From the NCBI GenBank assembly GCA_947378425.1, contig CANCJV010000013.1:2826-66825 (forward strand): 64,000 nucleotides of DNA, given 5' to 3'. Below, piece after piece: positions 62,958 to 64,000 of this stretch. Origin of the DNA: Synechococcaceae cyanobacterium (lineage in GTDB: Bacteria; Cyanobacteriota; Cyanobacteriia; PCC-6307; Cyanobiaceae). Below the pieces are notes generated by a model. That model was not told the origin of the DNA. It made no database searches and saw only the letters and a program-made list of their open reading frames with translations. Position 1 is the stretch's first letter, and every line of letters starts with the position of its first letter. Both the position numbers and the translations under genes were made by a program.

Positions 62958-63392
62958 TCAGAGCACCGAGACGGTGCCGAGACGCCGGGCCTGTAGCTTG
63001 CGGGCCCACTGATGGGCAAGAGCCGCCGGGATGAAGCGGGGCTTTTTGACGGGGCGACCGCGGCGGCCATAGAAGACCGTGATGCGCTCAGCACCGGGGG
63101 CCTTGCTGCCACCGGGATAGACGTGCACCAGCAACTGGCGGATTTCGCAGCTGGGGAAAGAGGAGGCCATCACAAGAGAGGCGAGGGACACCCGCGTCAG
63201 GCCTCGGCTGTAGCGACCCACCGGGGCGAGACAGCTGGGGCAGCGGTGCAGTCCTCCCCCCTCGCCGACTGTGATGGCTCCGGTCCCCGGCAGTGCTGAA
63301 GCCCTCCGCCAGTGGGGTCGTCGTGTCATCGGTGGAGTAGCCGCCAGCACCTGCCAGCTCACGGCTGCTATCTGCAGTAGGCAGCGCCGCAT
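62958..63392 (-). CDS. Hypothetical protein (extent uncertain; internal ATG at 63170)
   Basis: The ORF lies on the - strand between a hairpin and a terminator. No motif recognised. Confidence 0.3.
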   Translation of the reverse strand: MRRCLLQIAAVSWQVLAATPPMTRRPHWRRASALPGTGAITVGEGGGLHRCPSCLAPVGRYSRGLTRVSLASLVMASSFPSCEIRQLLVHVYPGGSKAPGAERITVFYGRRGRPVKKPRFIPAALAHQWARKLQARRLGTVSVL

Positions 63393-63428
63393 GTCCCGCT
63401 GACCCGCATTGCACTTGGCCCAGCGTCC

Positions 63429-63457
63429 AAAAAAAGAGGCCCCCCTGGGGCCCCCCG
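63429..63457 (-). terminator. Rho-independent terminator for the 63472-63657 ORF
   Basis: On the - strand a GGCCCC/GGGGCC stem-loop is followed by CTCTTTTTTT. Confidence 0.6.
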
Positions 63458-63471
63458 GGTGGCGGCTGAGA

Positions 63472-63657
63472 TCAGAAGGGGATCAGGGCCTCCAAGGCCG
63501 GATCAACCGCCACCAGCGGCTGAGCCGCCTGCTGCTCGAACAGCAGCTGGGCCGCCAGCTCAGCCAGGCGGGGATAGCGCTCGCTGCAGAACGCCAGATC
63601 ATCAAGCAGCTCCCAGCAGCACTGCTGCAGGCGGGCTTTGCGGGACAGAGAAGCCAT
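63472..63657 (-). CDS. Small hypothetical protein
   Basis: 61 aa, followed by an intrinsic terminator. Confidence 0.4.
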   Translation of the reverse strand: MASLSRKARLQQCCWELLDDLAFCSERYPRLAELAAQLLFEQQAAQPLVAVDPALEALIPF

Positions 63658-63910
63658 GGGAGGGCTCCGCGTAGGACCCTTCAGCCGGCGGGGGGCGGGT
63701 CAAGGGCCCGTCCACCAGTGAGATGCGGAGCGGAGCGCAGCCAACGTCCACAGCGGCGGGCTCGTATCACCCTTGAGGCGCCCCCCGACCATGAAGAGGG
63801 CCGGAGCGGAGCCCGTTCAGGAGCTGGTGGAGACCGCTGCGGAGGATTGCAGCGATCCCTGGCAATAGCCCGTGACGTGACTGGGGCTGATCCCCGGGAG
63901 TGCAGCACCG

Positions 63911-64000
63911 ATGGGCCTCACCTTGATCGAGGCAGCCAAGTACGAGAGCCGCCTGGAGCACCTGGCGGTGATCAAGACCTTCAGCGAGGGGGAACTGCTC
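63911..64000 (+). CDS. Partial CDS (5' end only), function unknown; possibly a phage structural protein by position
   Basis: The ATG at 63911 gives MGLTLIEAAKYESRLEHLAVIKTFSEGELL and runs off the window. The only support is its position after the scaffold-like genes. Confidence 0.3.
   Translation, partial: MGLTLIEAAKYESRLEHLAVIKTFSEGELL

Larger units (their letters stand above)
58781..64000. mobile_element. Phage-like element, right part (morphogenesis-type genes; continues beyond the window)
   Basis: A coiled-coil scaffold-like protein, coupled small late-type ORFs and a partial ORF of unknown function at the window edge. The same + orientation and the same high G+C as the packaging/portal block. 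Confidence 0.55.

Overview
G+C-rich picocyanobacterium-type DNA. The Synechococcus/Cyanobium-like assignment is inferred only from gene content (nrtABCD, narB, nirA, cynS, narM, an HPP-family protein); no search was run. All domain calls are by-eye motif recognition on the supplied ORF translations. The window is a mosaic of four blocks. (1) 1-17.2 kb is a visibly lower-G+C defence island. It carries a Type I R-M operon with two tandem hsdS genes, a YgjP-like Zn peptidase, a Zn-ribbon ORF, Mrr, an XRE regulator, an IS3-family transposase remnant and AT-rich cassette-like genes (a PUA-like/HNH nuclease and a SLATT-like membrane protein that share an upstream repeat). It ends with a tyrosine integrase abutting a 49-nt 3' fragment of tRNA-Pro(UGG). 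(2) 17.2-36.6 kb is a host-like-G+C temperate-phage-like element. It encodes an excisionase-like HTH, BRO, SSB, RecT plus a PD-(D/E)XK exonuclease, VRR-NUC, and an SF2 helicase interrupted by an intein. It also encodes a primase-helicase, an iteron/AT-rich origin, terminase small and large subunits, a sigma-like factor, a lower-G+C moron (ABM + FRG proteins) and a portal protein. (3) 36.6-58.4 kb is a complete nitrate/nitrite/cyanate assimilation supercluster: HPP protein, moaC-moeA-moaE-moaD-moaB-moaA-mobA, cynS, narB, a Crp-family regulator, nrtABCD, narM, a TrpD-like gene, nirA, a CbiX-like gene and cobA. (4) 58.8-64 kb resumes phage morphogenesis-type genes (scaffold-like protein, small late genes, a partial ORF at the window edge) plus a low-G+C PEP-CTERM-like moron. 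The most unusual observations are two. First, block 3 sits between the two halves of the phage-like module and is bracketed by a 207-bp direct repeat encoding an excisionase-type HTH domain. Second, the helicase intein carries a Vsr/DUF559-like homing endonuclease in the +1 frame relative to its own Hint domain.
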